A stretch of 27,116 nucleotides of DNA from Verrucomicrobiales bacterium (GTDB lineage: Bacteria; Verrucomicrobiota; Verrucomicrobiia; Verrucomicrobiales; V1-33), in contig JANOAV010000210.1 of the NCBI GenBank assembly GCA_031411295.1, positions 1 to 27,116 on the forward strand. The letters run 5' to 3'. Of the stretch, positions 26,980 to 27,116 are shown piece by piece; position 1 is the stretch's first letter; every line of letters starts with the position of its first letter. Under the pieces are notes generated by a model that worked only from the letters and a program-made list of their open reading frames with translations, was not told where the DNA came from and did not search any database. Position numbers and translations under genes: made by a program.

Positions 26980-27116
26980 GAACCTGTCCGGCAAATAAAC
27001 TTAACAGCCATAATGGGATTACTTAGTGAGGCGTCTGACGGCGAAGCCGATCATGGCGAGATAGACAAAGGCTTCGTGGTGACTGGGTTTGCGCTCGTGG
27101 TCGCGCACGAGGCGGC
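26980..27116 (-). mobile_element. IS5-family insertion sequence (IS1031-like), downstream end only
   Basis: Transposase C-terminus, then about 40 bp to a candidate terminal IR (plus strand GAACCTGTCCGGCAAA from 26980) next to a TCA/TGA candidate target triplet at 26977-26979. Confidence 0.78.
27019..27116 (-). CDS. IS5-family transposase, C-terminal fragment cut by window edge
   Basis: Manual translation from 27114: RLVRDHERKPSHHEAFVYLAMIGFAVRRLTK*, matching the IS5-type tail R-L-x-(R/K)-D-(Y/H)-E...A-F-x-Y-L-A-M-I...R-R-L. Confidence 0.85.
   Translation of the reverse strand, partial: RLVRDHERKPSHHEAFVYLAMIGFAVRRLTK

Overview
GC-rich bacterial chromosomal window, most consistent with Verrucomicrobiota/PVC (DUF1549/DUF1553 cytochrome + DUF1501 pair, PQQ-like propeller, PVC-type hypothetical proteins). 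Housekeeping genes: trpE, tRNA-Gly(GCC), trpC, pdhC, DAHP synthase, M50 site-2 protease, a divergent IlvD/Edd dehydratase and a Fur-family regulator. Accessory genes: a small polysaccharide locus (TylF-like protein, Wzy-like, Wzx-like) coupled to a LOG gene, a membrane acyltransferase, and several secreted proteins (12-aa repeat protein, EF-hand protein, His-rich TPR-redoxin fusion). The most unusual element is an 18 x 21-bp palindromic tandem array (377-754) directly upstream of an uncharacterised gene (827-1708). Four different REP-like repeat elements are present. At the right edge, an IS5-family element missed by the ORF track interrupts a host gene and supplies an in-frame ATG to its 3' part. 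All calls come from reading the sequence; no searches were run.
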